Source: Alphaproteobacteria bacterium
Lineage (GTDB): Bacteria > Pseudomonadota > Alphaproteobacteria > UBA2966
DNA length: 64,000 bases
Assembly: GCA_964291395.2 (NCBI GenBank)
Contig: OZ219856.1
Location: 1,984,001-2,048,000 of the forward strand
Direction: 5' to 3'
Made by a program: the position numbers and the translations under genes. This document shows, piece after piece, positions 50,901 to 59,163 of the stretch. Under the pieces are notes generated by a model. It saw only the letters and a list, made by a program, of their open reading frames with translations, was not told where the DNA came from and did not search any database. The stretch's first letter is position 1. The number at the start of each line of letters is the position of its first letter.

Positions 50901-53900
50901 CGTCGTCGGCATGACGTTCCGCAATTTCGGTTCGGAGACGGTGACCCTGGAAAAGATGATCGTGCCCGCGCCGCCCGGCTTCTCGGTCACGGAGCTTGCG
51001 ACGATCCCGACGGCGTTCGTCTCGGCGGCGCTGTCGTTCGAGCTCTCGGGGCTGAACGCCGGCGACCGCGTGCTGATCCACGCCGGCGCCGGCGGGGTCG
51101 GGCTCGCGGCGGTCCAGCTTGCCCAGGCGGCGGGCGCGGAAGTCTTCGCCACGGCGAGCGCGCGCAAGCGCGACTATCTCCGCTCGCTCGGCGTGAAGCA
51201 CGTGTCCGACAGCCGCACGACGGCGTTCGGCCAGGAAATACTCGACGCCACCGGCGGCGCCGGGGTTGACATGGTGCTGAACAGCCTGACCGGCGAGGGC
51301 TTCATCGAGGCGAGCCTTTCATGCCTGGCCCACGGCGGCCGCTTCGTGGAGATGGGCCGGGTCGACATCCTGAGTGAGGACGAGATGGCGGCGGCGCGGC
51401 CCGACGTCACTTACGCCATCCTCAAGATCGACGTCCTCAAAGAGGAAGAGCCCGCGCGGGCCGGGGAGATCCTGCGGCGGGTGATGGAGCGGCTCGCGGC
51501 CGGCGAGCTGACCCCGCTCGTCCACGCCCGATGGCCCGTCGCCGAAGCGGGATCCGCGATGAAGTGCATGCAGGGCGCGCGGCACATCGGCAAGATCGTC
51601 TTTACCAACTCGCCGCTCGCCAGGGGAACCTTACGCGAGGACCGGACCTATCTGGTGACCGGCGGGCTCGGCGGCATCGGCTGCGCAGTGGCCGGCTGGC
51701 TGGCGGATCGCGGCGCCGGCGTCATCGTGCTCAACGGCCGGCGGCCACCGGATCCCGAGGTCGCGGAGGCGATCGAGGCGCTGCGCAGGCGCGGAGCCAC
51801 CGTTCAAGTGGAGCTCGCGGATGTGACCGAGTCCGAGGCGGTGGACGCCATGCTGAAGCGGATGGACGCCGATCTTCCGCCGCTTGGCGGCGTGATCCAC
51901 AGCGTCGGCGTGCTGTCCGACGCCGCAATCGGCAATCAGAATTGGGAAAACTTCGAAGCGGTGCTGTGGCCCAAGGTCCTGGGGGCCTGGCACCTGCACA
52001 GGGCGACCGTCGGACGCGATCTCGACCTGTTCGTTCTCTTCTCGAGCGTCGCTGGCGTCCTCGGCAATCCGGGCCAGGCCAACCACGCGGCTGCCAACGC
52101 CTTCCTCGACCAGCTCGCCGCCCATCGCCGCGCGCTCGGACTCGCCGGCCAGTCCATCGCCTGGGGCGCGTGGTCGGAGATCGGCGAGGCCGAGGAGCAG
52201 CGCGAGCGGATGACCCGGCGCTCCGCGTCAGGCGGGATCGAGTGGATCACCCCGCAGCAGGGCCTCAGGGCCTTCGACCGGCTGGTGCGCGAGGACGCCA
52301 CGACAGGCGTGGTGCTGGCACGGGACTGGGAGGCGTTCGGCGAATCCCTCGAGAGCCGCCCGCCGTTTCTGGAAGACCTTCTGTCCGACGGCCAGGACAA
52401 GGCTGCGGACGACGCACCGGCCGACGACCTGCTCACCCGCCTGCGGGAGGCACCCGCGGCGACGCGCGGGGAGGTGCTCGCGGCGTTCCTGCAAGGGGAG
52501 GTCAAGGCCGTGCTGAGACTGCCGACCTCGCCCTCGCCCACAGTCGGATTCTTCGATCTGGGCATGGATTCCCTGATGGCGGTGGAGCTGCGCAACCGCC
52601 TGAACCGCGCCTTCGTAGGCGCCTACACGGCGTCCAATACCGTGGTGTTCGACTACCCCGACATCGCCGCGCTCTCCGCCCACCTGGTGGATGAAACTGC
52701 CGAGGTCGTCGGCGCGGACGCGCCCGCGACGACGCCGGAACCCGAGACGCCCCCGGAGCCGGCGACCCGGCCGGCGGCGCGACGCGACGACAGCACCGAC
52801 CCCGACGCCGTCGCCATCGTGGGCATGGCGTGCCGGTTCCCGGGCGCGCCGGACTTGCCGGCATTCTGGAATCTACTCGATTCCGGCGCGGATGCGGTGG
52901 CGGACGAGCGCCGGGAGGCTGGCCCCTGGAGCGATTTCGTGGACAACCTGCCCACGCCGTACGCCGCCTATGGCAGGGCCGGGTTCGTCGACGGAATCGA
53001 TATGTTCGATGCGCGGTTCTTCGAAATCTCGCCGATCGAGGCCCGGCTGATGGACCCCCAGCAACGCATGCTGCTGGAGACGACCTGGCAGGCGCTGGAA
53101 GACGCAGGAATCGATCCCGACAGACTGAAGGGAAGCAACACCGGCGTCTATGCCGGTATCGCCTCCAGCGAATACCGCGACCTGATGAAGACCGGCGATT
53201 ACGGAATCGGCTATCTGAGTACCGCCGCGAGCATGGCGGTCGGGCGGCTCTCCTACCGCTTCGGCCTGGCGGGGCCGACCATGCCGGTGGAACTGAACTG
53301 CGCTTCTTCGCTGGTTGCGGTTCACCAGGCCGTCACGGGCCTGCGCACGCGCGAGGCGGACCTTGCCCTTGTCGGCGGCGTGAGCGCCGTGCTCTCGGCT
53401 CCGGTCACCAGGGAAATGGCGGATCTGGGGCTCCTGTCGCGGGGCGGCGTGTGCAGAACGTTCGACGCCGAGGCGGACGGCTTCGTGCGCGGCGAGGGCT
53501 GCGGGATGGTCGTTCTCAAGCGTCTCTCCGACGCGGAGGCCGACGGCGACCGCATCTGGGCGGTGATCCGCGGCTCGGCGGTAAACCAGAACGGGGCGAG
53601 CGCCGGGGCCACGGTTCCGAACGGCCCCGCACAGGAACGGGTGATCGAACAAGCCCTTTCGCGGACCGGCTTCGCCCCCTCGGAGGTGGACTACCTGGAG
53701 GCGCACGGCGCTGGATCGGCGTTCGGCGATCCGATCGAGGTGCAAGCGGCGGCGGCGGTCTACGGCCAGGACAGGGTCGAGGACCGCCCGCTGTTGATCG
53801 GCTCGGTGAAAACCAATATCGGGCATCTTGAATCCGCGGCCGGGGTCGCCAGCCTCATCAAAACGGTGCTGGCGATGAGCCGGGGGACGATCCCCAGGAC

Positions 53901-55323
53901 CCGGAACTTCCGGACCCCGAGCCCGCTCATCGAGTGGGACCGTCTGCCCGTGCGGGTGACAGACGAGGCGATGGACTGGCCGTCCGATCCCGACAGGCCG
54001 CGCCGGGCAGGGGTCAGCGCATTCGGAATTTCCGGTGTGAACGCCCATGTCGTGCTGGAGGGATACGGTAGCGCCAACGGCATCGCCTCCAACGCCTCGG
54101 ACGGGCCTTCGTCGGCGGGACCCGCCAGGCGTGTCGCCGTGTCCCTGCCGGAACCGATCGCGGCACCTTCGGACGATAAGGGCGCGCTCACCGCGCGCGC
54201 GGTTCGTCTGTTGCCGCTCTCGGGCAAGTCGGAGGATGCGCTGCGGGCGCTCGCGGGGCGGTATCTCGCTTGGCTCGACGAGCAGGCCGACGGACATTCG
54301 ACCGGGGACGGCGCCCCCGGCCCGCTGCTCTCCGACATGGCCTGGACCGCCGGCGTCGGGCGAAGCCATCTCACGTACCGGGCCGGTGTGGTGTTCGGCG
54401 ATGCCGCTTCGCTGCGGGACAGGCTGATGGCGCTCGCGGCAGCGGCGGAGGTCGCGAAACCGGCGACCGCGGCGAAGGTCGCTTTCGTCTACCCGGGCGA
54501 AGGCGTCGACTGGGCGGGCATGGGCGAAGCGCTCTACGAGAGCGAGCCGGTGATGCGGGCGGTGCTCGACCGTTGCGAGGCGGCGATACGCGACGAGCGG
54601 GGCGAGTCGCTGCTCGACGTGATGTTCGGTCGGACCGGGTCGGCAGGAACCCTCGACGACCCCGCGTGGTCGAAGCCCGCGACCTACGCGATGACATGCG
54701 CGCTCACGGCGCTCTGGTCGAGCGTCGGCATCCGGCCGAGCGTGGCGCTGGGGCACGGCGCGGGGGAGATTGCGGCGGCGCGGGCCGCCAGCGTGTTCGG
54801 CTTGGAGGACGGGTTGCGGCTCGCGGCCGTCCCCGGCGAACCGGAGACGGTGCTGGAAGGCGTCGCGGTCGCACCGCCCTCAATCGGCCTGGTGAGCCGT
54901 GCGGCGGGTCGTCCGGTCGGGCCGAACGACGGCCTGGACGGGGCCTACTGGCGCCGCCAGCCGCAGGAAGTCGCACCGATCGAGCGCTGCGCGGAGACCC
55001 TGGCGGAGCTGGGTGTCGAGGCGGTCATCGAGATCGGCCCGCGGAGCGCAATGGGGCCGGCGCTCGCCCGTGCCTTGCCGGCGTCGTCAAACGGCGCGGG
55101 CGCGCCGGAGCCGATCGAGAGCCTGCGGTGGCCGTCGGAGGACGGGGAAGAACCGGCGGCGCTTCCCGATGGCGGCTTCGCGGACGCGGTGGCCGGGGCC
55201 TATGAGGCGGGTCTTCCGGTTTCCTTCGCGGGCCTCTTCGCGGGCGAGGCCAGGCGCCGGGTCGCGCTTCCCGGCTATCCTTTCCAGCGCCGACGGCACT
55301 GGCTCACGAAGCGGGAACGGTAA
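44974..55323 (+). CDS. supA: Type I polyketide synthase KS-AT-DH-cMT-ER-KR-ACP-KS-AT(inactive), SupA-like (sponge-symbiont ubiquitous PKS)
   Basis: KS1 DTACSS/HGTGT/NIGH; AT GHSLG; DH HRVFGRLIAP; MT LEVGAGTG; ER LIHAGAGGVG; KR TGGLGGIG; ACP LGMDSL; KS2 LNCASS; AT2 GHGAG. Start placed at MTEP after GGGAG. Confidence 0.9.
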   Translation: MTEPRSPDAYRECNGPGLPTPLAPIAIVGMACRFPGADGLAAFWRMLEAGESGVIEGVPGSGVGRIGELFPDDAGLRPACRFGAYLDDLDLFDAAFFRISPVEAQLLDPQQRMMLETCWRALEDAGMDPDSLNGSRTGVYAGISNNEYRGLILETASPDEPAVSLYSVTGTSFNTAIGRVAFALGLEGPALALDTACSSSLVAIHQAVTGLQRGEADLALAGGVHAILSGRLLAMRANAGMLSPDGRCATFDAAANGYVRGEGCGIVVLKRLAQAEADGDRIWAVIRSTALNQDGASPGLTVPSGPAQEKVIEAALQQAGLEPAEVDYVEAHGTGTEVGDPIEAEATGTAYGRGRTEGQPLLIGSVKTNIGHLEAAAGVAGVIKTVLAMKRGVIPRHLHFQEPSPEIDWERLPLKVTATPTDWPRATDRPPRAGISGFGWSGTNAHVVLEGYGESEGADAEGPEHWTTGLPRSVPVSQPASVLQAAPAAETIVPRGTRFLPLSGRSEGALRELANKYLSWLDERTGDNSAEMLADMAWTAAVGRSHFGHRAGVVFRDADSLRDALRALEEADGTVAPRAAKRVAFAFTGQASQWPGMGEALYASEPVVRAVLDRCDTVLAESRGDSLLDVMFGRPEAAGDLDDPQWKQPAIYALECALVELWASVGVRPDVVVGHSLGEIAAAYTADVFGLEEGLRFAAARGGLIGALPGEGAMAAVFAPESRVAAALEEHNAASGGIGLCIAADNGAHQVISGPTVEIEAILERLEAESVRVARLRKSPAYHSAMVEPALDDLEAALAETAFAPPSIPFVSNLTGRALEAGEAPDAAYWRRQAREPVAFRACVETLAEQGVDAVIEIGPHAVLGPMAEMAWPESAGAAPPAVLSSLQRPARDEEPPPAGSGGGFVEAVAGAYEAGLAVSFPGFFAGEKRRRIALPGYPFQRERYWVEGSRRQRSGTGHPLLGTRHESASGETAFDTEVFPSDPGWLNDHRVFGRLIAPGALYGAMAASATRAEGSEAPVVEDFQMQSALIFPDEDAEEGSAEPGRRMQVLLDDTEDGAFRRVRVLSRGEGEDGWTLHAEGRISTGAAGSPQGASPLDVEGLKSDLSPVNLAAYYRAKSAVGIDLGPSFRTLEALWARAGEAVAEVALPAGRGDTPLDVHPLVLDGCFQTFAAARNPDGGEEGVTYLPFAWERLWLTGSLPERLVCHVRVREGPEGAATDAGNGEMPEVWAADLRLYDPDGALVGELAGFTVKRATRAALLSAVEGIDELLYEVVWQDRALAPGIAPADFLTSPSEISATTNLFPEYLASVDVDAADRAALLADLEQLSEAYALATLDRLGWKRVAGEKVESAELRESLNVGVEHERLFRRMLEMQARAGVLEQAGDGFVVTVASGEPLPEGLVDDPDAWAGEMAVRYAHGTTEIGLFRRSADALADVLQGRMDPLTLLFSSGEPTAADLYLKAPVARAANRLLADAVAALLAELPEGRKLRVLEVGAGTGSATAAVLPELPEGRYDYTYTDISAGFFAEAESRFGGAEAAIDYRVLDIEKDPVEQGFDRHGYDLVIASNVLHATRYLNETLAHCLEVLAPSGQLVALENLRGQGWLDLTFGQLDGWWRFADEYRPHHALATPAVWRQALGDAGFEDIAILGFDESDPNANPDRGVIAAQGPSDVTEAPGAWVVAADRGGVAAELAAELAAQNQMVVLAGAEAGPDVPSVPAGAGIVEAFVETTRRESWKSLLEDLPTDLPLAGIAHLVGLGGHGAQATTEEMAEDARHATASALALTQALMESDLTLSKGLWFVTRGAQVLERERGGQLAGAALWGFGKVAAREAPRLQPRMLDLDPADAELPPDLADEFLHPDAETHIAHRFGRRRGARLIRAAAVADRLTLPEEPGWELEPDAGGSLDAIGVMSMPERRLEQGEVRAAVESFGLNFRDVFIAIGVVDDVMGGEFCGRVLEVGEGVTSVAVGDRVVGMTFRNFGSETVTLEKMIVPAPPGFSVTELATIPTAFVSAALSFELSGLNAGDRVLIHAGAGGVGLAAVQLAQAAGAEVFATASARKRDYLRSLGVKHVSDSRTTAFGQEILDATGGAGVDMVLNSLTGEGFIEASLSCLAHGGRFVEMGRVDILSEDEMAAARPDVTYAILKIDVLKEEEPARAGEILRRVMERLAAGELTPLVHARWPVAEAGSAMKCMQGARHIGKIVFTNSPLARGTLREDRTYLVTGGLGGIGCAVAGWLADRGAGVIVLNGRRPPDPEVAEAIEALRRRGATVQVELADVTESEAVDAMLKRMDADLPPLGGVIHSVGVLSDAAIGNQNWENFEAVLWPKVLGAWHLHRATVGRDLDLFVLFSSVAGVLGNPGQANHAAANAFLDQLAAHRRALGLAGQSIAWGAWSEIGEAEEQRERMTRRSASGGIEWITPQQGLRAFDRLVREDATTGVVLARDWEAFGESLESRPPFLEDLLSDGQDKAADDAPADDLLTRLREAPAATRGEVLAAFLQGEVKAVLRLPTSPSPTVGFFDLGMDSLMAVELRNRLNRAFVGAYTASNTVVFDYPDIAALSAHLVDETAEVVGADAPATTPEPETPPEPATRPAARRDDSTDPDAVAIVGMACRFPGAPDLPAFWNLLDSGADAVADERREAGPWSDFVDNLPTPYAAYGRAGFVDGIDMFDARFFEISPIEARLMDPQQRMLLETTWQALEDAGIDPDRLKGSNTGVYAGIASSEYRDLMKTGDYGIGYLSTAASMAVGRLSYRFGLAGPTMPVELNCASSLVAVHQAVTGLRTREADLALVGGVSAVLSAPVTREMADLGLLSRGGVCRTFDAEADGFVRGEGCGMVVLKRLSDAEADGDRIWAVIRGSAVNQNGASAGATVPNGPAQERVIEQALSRTGFAPSEVDYLEAHGAGSAFGDPIEVQAAAAVYGQDRVEDRPLLIGSVKTNIGHLESAAGVASLIKTVLAMSRGTIPRTRNFRTPSPLIEWDRLPVRVTDEAMDWPSDPDRPRRAGVSAFGISGVNAHVVLEGYGSANGIASNASDGPSSAGPARRVAVSLPEPIAAPSDDKGALTARAVRLLPLSGKSEDALRALAGRYLAWLDEQADGHSTGDGAPGPLLSDMAWTAGVGRSHLTYRAGVVFGDAASLRDRLMALAAAAEVAKPATAAKVAFVYPGEGVDWAGMGEALYESEPVMRAVLDRCEAAIRDERGESLLDVMFGRTGSAGTLDDPAWSKPATYAMTCALTALWSSVGIRPSVALGHGAGEIAAARAASVFGLEDGLRLAAVPGEPETVLEGVAVAPPSIGLVSRAAGRPVGPNDGLDGAYWRRQPQEVAPIERCAETLAELGVEAVIEIGPRSAMGPALARALPASSNGAGAPEPIESLRWPSEDGEEPAALPDGGFADAVAGAYEAGLPVSFAGLFAGEARRRVALPGYPFQRRRHWLTKRER

Positions 55324-55375
55324 GAGGGAAGCGGCTGTCGCTTCGTGACGGTATGCTCATACGCGCGCGGAAATC

Positions 55376-56275
55376 TTAGTAAACGCGGTGCCTCTCAAGG
55401 AACTCCCGGAGCAGCTCGGCACACTCTTCCGGCCTTTCCAACTGCAGCAAATGGGTCGCCTCAGGCAGGAAATCGTAGTCCACGGCGGACACTTGCCCCA
55501 GGTCGAAGGTCGGAAGGTACGCGTTTCTGATCGTCGGATCGCCACCGATGACTTTTGTCGGGCAGTAGAGCAGATCGAGATCCAACAGCGGGAAAAAACT
55601 CCGCCCGTAGTCCATGAGTTGGGCCTCGTATTCGCGAGGGCAGCGTAGTTCGTATTGCTCGTCGCTCGCGGATTGTCGAAGCGTTGTCCGGGCCATGAGT
55701 TCGTGCACGCCGGGAGCAACCCGTGCAAAGGTCGGCAGGATCCCCAGGAACTCGGCAAACGCCTCACGTGTCTTGAAGCGGTAGCCTCGCTTTCGGATCA
55801 TTTCGGCCGCGCGTTCCGCAGCTTCATGAAGCTCTACCTGACTAGCGCCCGGTTTGCACAGCGGCGGATCGAACAGAATCAGTGCCGAGTAACGACTGTA
55901 CAAAGAGAGAAGCGGCATGAGCGTTGCGAGGGAGTGAAAAACGCCCACGATCGGTTTTTCACCGTATTCGCGGGAGATCGCGTCGAGAATGAGATCGTGA
56001 TCGGAGATCAGCGTCGGAATGTTGTGATCCCGCCGGGCTCCGACGTCATTCCAGCCGTGGTTCCTGAGGTCGTAGACCATCAGGTCGAAATCGCCGGCGA
56101 GCAGCGACCAGAACGGATAATAGAGATCGACCGCCAGGCCGTTGCCATGGGTCAGCAGGAGCCGGGGGCCCGATGGATTGCCATGCCGCCGCACCGTGGT
56201 CACGGTGTTCTCGTCGAGCCGGACTTCGCATGTCGAAACGGGCTCGGGTATCGTCCATACTGCTTCTTCCGCCAT
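55376..56275 (-). CDS. supD: Alpha/beta hydrolase, SupD-like (possible thioesterase/acyltransferase)
   Basis: LLTHGNG, YDLRNHG, nucleophile elbow VFHSLA, LFDPP, THLLQLE; next to the ACP and PKS. Confidence 0.8.
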   Translation of the reverse strand: MAEEAVWTIPEPVSTCEVRLDENTVTTVRRHGNPSGPRLLLTHGNGLAVDLYYPFWSLLAGDFDLMVYDLRNHGWNDVGARRDHNIPTLISDHDLILDAISREYGEKPIVGVFHSLATLMPLLSLYSRYSALILFDPPLCKPGASQVELHEAAERAAEMIRKRGYRFKTREAFAEFLGILPTFARVAPGVHELMARTTLRQSASDEQYELRCPREYEAQLMDYGRSFFPLLDLDLLYCPTKVIGGDPTIRNAYLPTFDLGQVSAVDYDFLPEATHLLQLERPEECAELLREFLERHRVY

Positions 56276-56452
56276 GGCGGGGTCCGGTTTCTTCCCGACG
56301 CGGAGCTGGGAACAGGGGCACGGCACTGGCGGGACCGTCGCCCACCCCATGGCGGAAATGCCAACCGCCTCCGGGTTCGGAGGCGGCCGGACTTCGTTCA
56401 CTTCGTATCGGAGACCATATCCCGAATGCGCGCAGGCGTCCCCGAGTTCTCG

Positions 56453-56680
56453 TCAGCCGCGTGCATCGATATGCGCGACAAGATCCTGCAGGGTCTTGAA
56501 TTGCAGGCAGTCGTCCGCGACCAACCCCAGGCCGAACTCCTCGTTGACCGACTTGTAGAACGCTACCGCTTCCACCGAAGAAATCCCGACGTCGCTGAAC
56601 TGAGCGTTGAAATCGGGCTCATGGTCGAGGTCGAAATTATCAGCGATGATTTTGCTGATGCGCTCTTTAGTTGAAGCCAT
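56453..56680 (-). CDS. supB: Free-standing acyl carrier protein, SupB-like
   Basis: 75 aa acidic four-helix pattern; FSDVGISSVEAV attachment region; EEFG, FKTLQDLV. Confidence 0.82.
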   Translation of the reverse strand: MASTKERISKIIADNFDLDHEPDFNAQFSDVGISSVEAVAFYKSVNEEFGLGLVADDCLQFKTLQDLVAHIDARG

Positions 56681-56907
56681 AACCGTTCACTCCCTATTCG
56701 ACGGTGATAATGAGGCGCGAGAAGCACGCCAATGCAGGACGCAGGCACGGCGTCACGATACCGAGACAAGGTGCCGCATACCGTGCTCACTTTGGTATGC
56801 GTCTGCGCACTCGGTCAAGCCCTTTCAATTCCGCCGGCCGTCCAGCTTGGCCGAAAAACGTCCGTGCACTAACATTCCAACTCTGGACCACTCAGTGGGG
56901 CTGGTCA

Positions 56908-57108
56908 GTGATCGGTGTGCCGGATGAGACGTGGGGCGAAGCGATTCTCGCCGTGATCGTGGCTCTGCCCCGATCCGATCTTGTCTCCGGCAACGGCGAG
57001 GACGCCCTCATCGCGCATTGCCGACGGTTCATTGGCGGCCACAAGGTGCCTCGCCGGGTCCGCTTCGTCGACGCCTTACCCAAGAGCGCGATTGGGAAGG
57101 GCGCGTGA
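56908..57108 (+). pseudogene. C-terminal remnant of an AMP-binding acyl-CoA/acyl-ACP ligase
   Basis: VIGVPDETWGEAILAVI...HKVPRRVRFVDALPKSAIGK (A10 lysine motif); no upstream core domain. Confidence 0.75.
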
Positions 57109-58724
57109 ACTACGATCTCGACACGCTCCGCGGAGATCTCTTCGGTGGCGTTACGTCAATGGTGGTGGCACTGCCGCTGTCGTTGGGCTTCGGCATAGCG
57201 TCAGGGCTGGGAGCGGCCGCAGGCCTGTACGGCGCGATCGCGGTCGGCTTTTTCGCGGCGGCGTTCGGCGGCACGCGAGCTCAGATTTCCGGCCCTACCG
57301 CGCCAATGACCGTCGCCATGGCGGTCATCGTCACAATTTATTCGACTAACCTCACCGAAGCCCTGACAGTGGTTGTCCTGGCCGGTCTGCTTCAGGTGAC
57401 TCTGGGCCTGTCGAAGGTCGGCCGTTTCGTGGCGTATACGCCACATATGGTCGTGTCCGGATTGATGTCCGGCATCGGCATCGTCATCATCCTCATGCAG
57501 ACCCTGCCGTTCGTCGGGGCGGCCGCTACGATGGGCGGCCCCATGGGCGCGGTCCGGGCGCTGCCGGAGGCCGTGAGCAATATCGACACCGGCGCATTCG
57601 CTATAGCCGCGGTGACGCTTGCCGTCGGTTTTCTCTGGCCGCGCCGGCTGGCGAGACTTGCGCCCGGCCCTCTGGTGGCGCTGATCGCCGGTACGGCCCT
57701 GGGCGTTCTGTGGCTGAACGACGCGCCGGTTATCGGGAAGATCCCGACCGGCCTGCCGAATCTGCAGTGGGATTTGCCGTCTGGCGACTTCCTGCTGTAT
57801 GCGCTGGAACCCGCGCTTATTCTCGCCCTGCTCGGCTCCGTGAACAGCCTCCTGTGCTCTTTGATCACCGACTCGCTGACCGGGAACCGCCACAACCCGG
57901 ATCGGGAGCTGGTCGGTCAGGGCCTCGGCAACATTGTCGCGGGGCTCTTCGGGGCAATGCCCGGCGCCGGTCACGGCGTAAACACCGTGGCCAACGTCCG
58001 CGCCGGCGGGCTGACGCCGATATCGGGCATGTTGTGTGCACTGCTTCTGCTGGGGGCGGTACTGGGCCTTGGCCGGTTCGTCGAGCCAATTCCTCTCGCC
58101 GCTCTCGCCGGCGTCCTGATGAAGGTCGGCTGGGACATCATCGACTGGCGTCTTCTCTCCCGGCTGCACCGCCTCCGGCGCGAACACCTGCTCGTCATGC
58201 TGATGACCCTGGTCCTCACGGTGTTCGTCGATCTGGTCACCGTCGTGGCACTCGGGCTGATCGCCGCGGGGATGGTCCAGGCGCGGCAGCTGGAGCGCCT
58301 GGAGCTTGACAGCGTGGTTTCGGTGCCGCTGCTGGACACGACGTTTTTCGACCAGGGGGAGGAGGAAGACCCCTATGCGGCGCGGGTCGGCCTCGTTGCT
58401 CTCAGGGGGAGCTTCACCGTCGCCTCATCCCATAAGCTGGTGGGTGTGATCGGCGAGGACATCAAGGATCACGAGGTCGTCATCTTTGATTTCTCCGATG
58501 CCACCTATATGGATGACAGCGCCGCCATGGTGATGGAGAGACTCATGGACGTCGCGGACGAGGCACGGACCGGGTTCATCGTGATGGGCCTCTCGGGTTC
58601 AGTCGAGAACACCCTCCACGCGCTCAATATCCTGAAGAAGGTTCCCGAGGATCATGTGGTCGACAAGCTGGACGACGCTCGGCAGGTCGCCAAGAATCTC
58701 CTCGGCCTCGGAGATGATCGGTGA
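57105..58724 (+). CDS. SulP/SLC26 family anion transporter with C-terminal STAS domain
   Basis: GDLFGG..VALPLSLGFG, GLYGA, QISGPT, HNPDRELVGQG.GN, LAALAGVL; STAS VIFDFSDATYMDDS; GTG start at 57105. Confidence 0.92.
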   Translation: MNYDLDTLRGDLFGGVTSMVVALPLSLGFGIASGLGAAAGLYGAIAVGFFAAAFGGTRAQISGPTAPMTVAMAVIVTIYSTNLTEALTVVVLAGLLQVTLGLSKVGRFVAYTPHMVVSGLMSGIGIVIILMQTLPFVGAAATMGGPMGAVRALPEAVSNIDTGAFAIAAVTLAVGFLWPRRLARLAPGPLVALIAGTALGVLWLNDAPVIGKIPTGLPNLQWDLPSGDFLLYALEPALILALLGSVNSLLCSLITDSLTGNRHNPDRELVGQGLGNIVAGLFGAMPGAGHGVNTVANVRAGGLTPISGMLCALLLLGAVLGLGRFVEPIPLAALAGVLMKVGWDIIDWRLLSRLHRLRREHLLVMLMTLVLTVFVDLVTVVALGLIAAGMVQARQLERLELDSVVSVPLLDTTFFDQGEEEDPYAARVGLVALRGSFTVASSHKLVGVIGEDIKDHEVVIFDFSDATYMDDSAAMVMERLMDVADEARTGFIVMGLSGSVENTLHALNILKKVPEDHVVDKLDDARQVAKNLLGLGDDR

Positions 58725-58762
58725 GGAATCAAGTGTTTCCAGATTGATCGTCTCCGATAAAG

Positions 58763-58860
58763 TTATATCTTGAGCAGCTTCTGGGCCGCCTCCGTCGGCG
58801 CACCGTCTCGCGTCACATACATGTAAAGAAGGGACTGCGACACGCCGAGCCGCTGTGCGG
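58763..58860 (-). pseudogene. C-terminal HTH remnant of a resolvase/invertase (serine recombinase)
   Basis: AQRLGVSQSLLYMYVTRDGAPTEAAQKLL resembles the resolvase HTH tail; catalytic domain absent. Confidence 0.5.
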
Positions 58861-59163
58861 GCGATCTAATTTGCGGAGCGGCGCTTCGGCGGTGCCCCCG
58901 GCGGGTGTGTGTTGGTCGGCGCGTGCATTGGACGCCGTTCAACAGGCGAGTCCCCAACATTGGGGAAGTGCGGTAGCGCGCAATCCGACTATCCTCACCT
59001 AACGTGCAGAGGTGAGAAAGTAAGCAGGCAAGCCGTAGGCGGCCGCACCGACAGGGACAGGCAGGTTTGCGGCCGGGAATATCGGCAACGCGGCATAAAA
59101 GATGGCTGCCGTTCCAAGACGGACGGCGGGATCATGCCGTTCAGGACTCGAAAGCGGTAAGCG

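Noticed and set aside
46381-54756. Very long antisense ORFs (1091, 511, 437 and 627 aa) opposite the PKS
   Set aside because: Shadow frames expected from high-GC codon bias; no motifs, and fully overlapped by a motif-rich gene.
58490-58530. Phosphomimetic Asp in the SulP STAS motif (YMDDS)
   Set aside because: This position varies widely in SulP STAS domains, so it cannot be interpreted alone.
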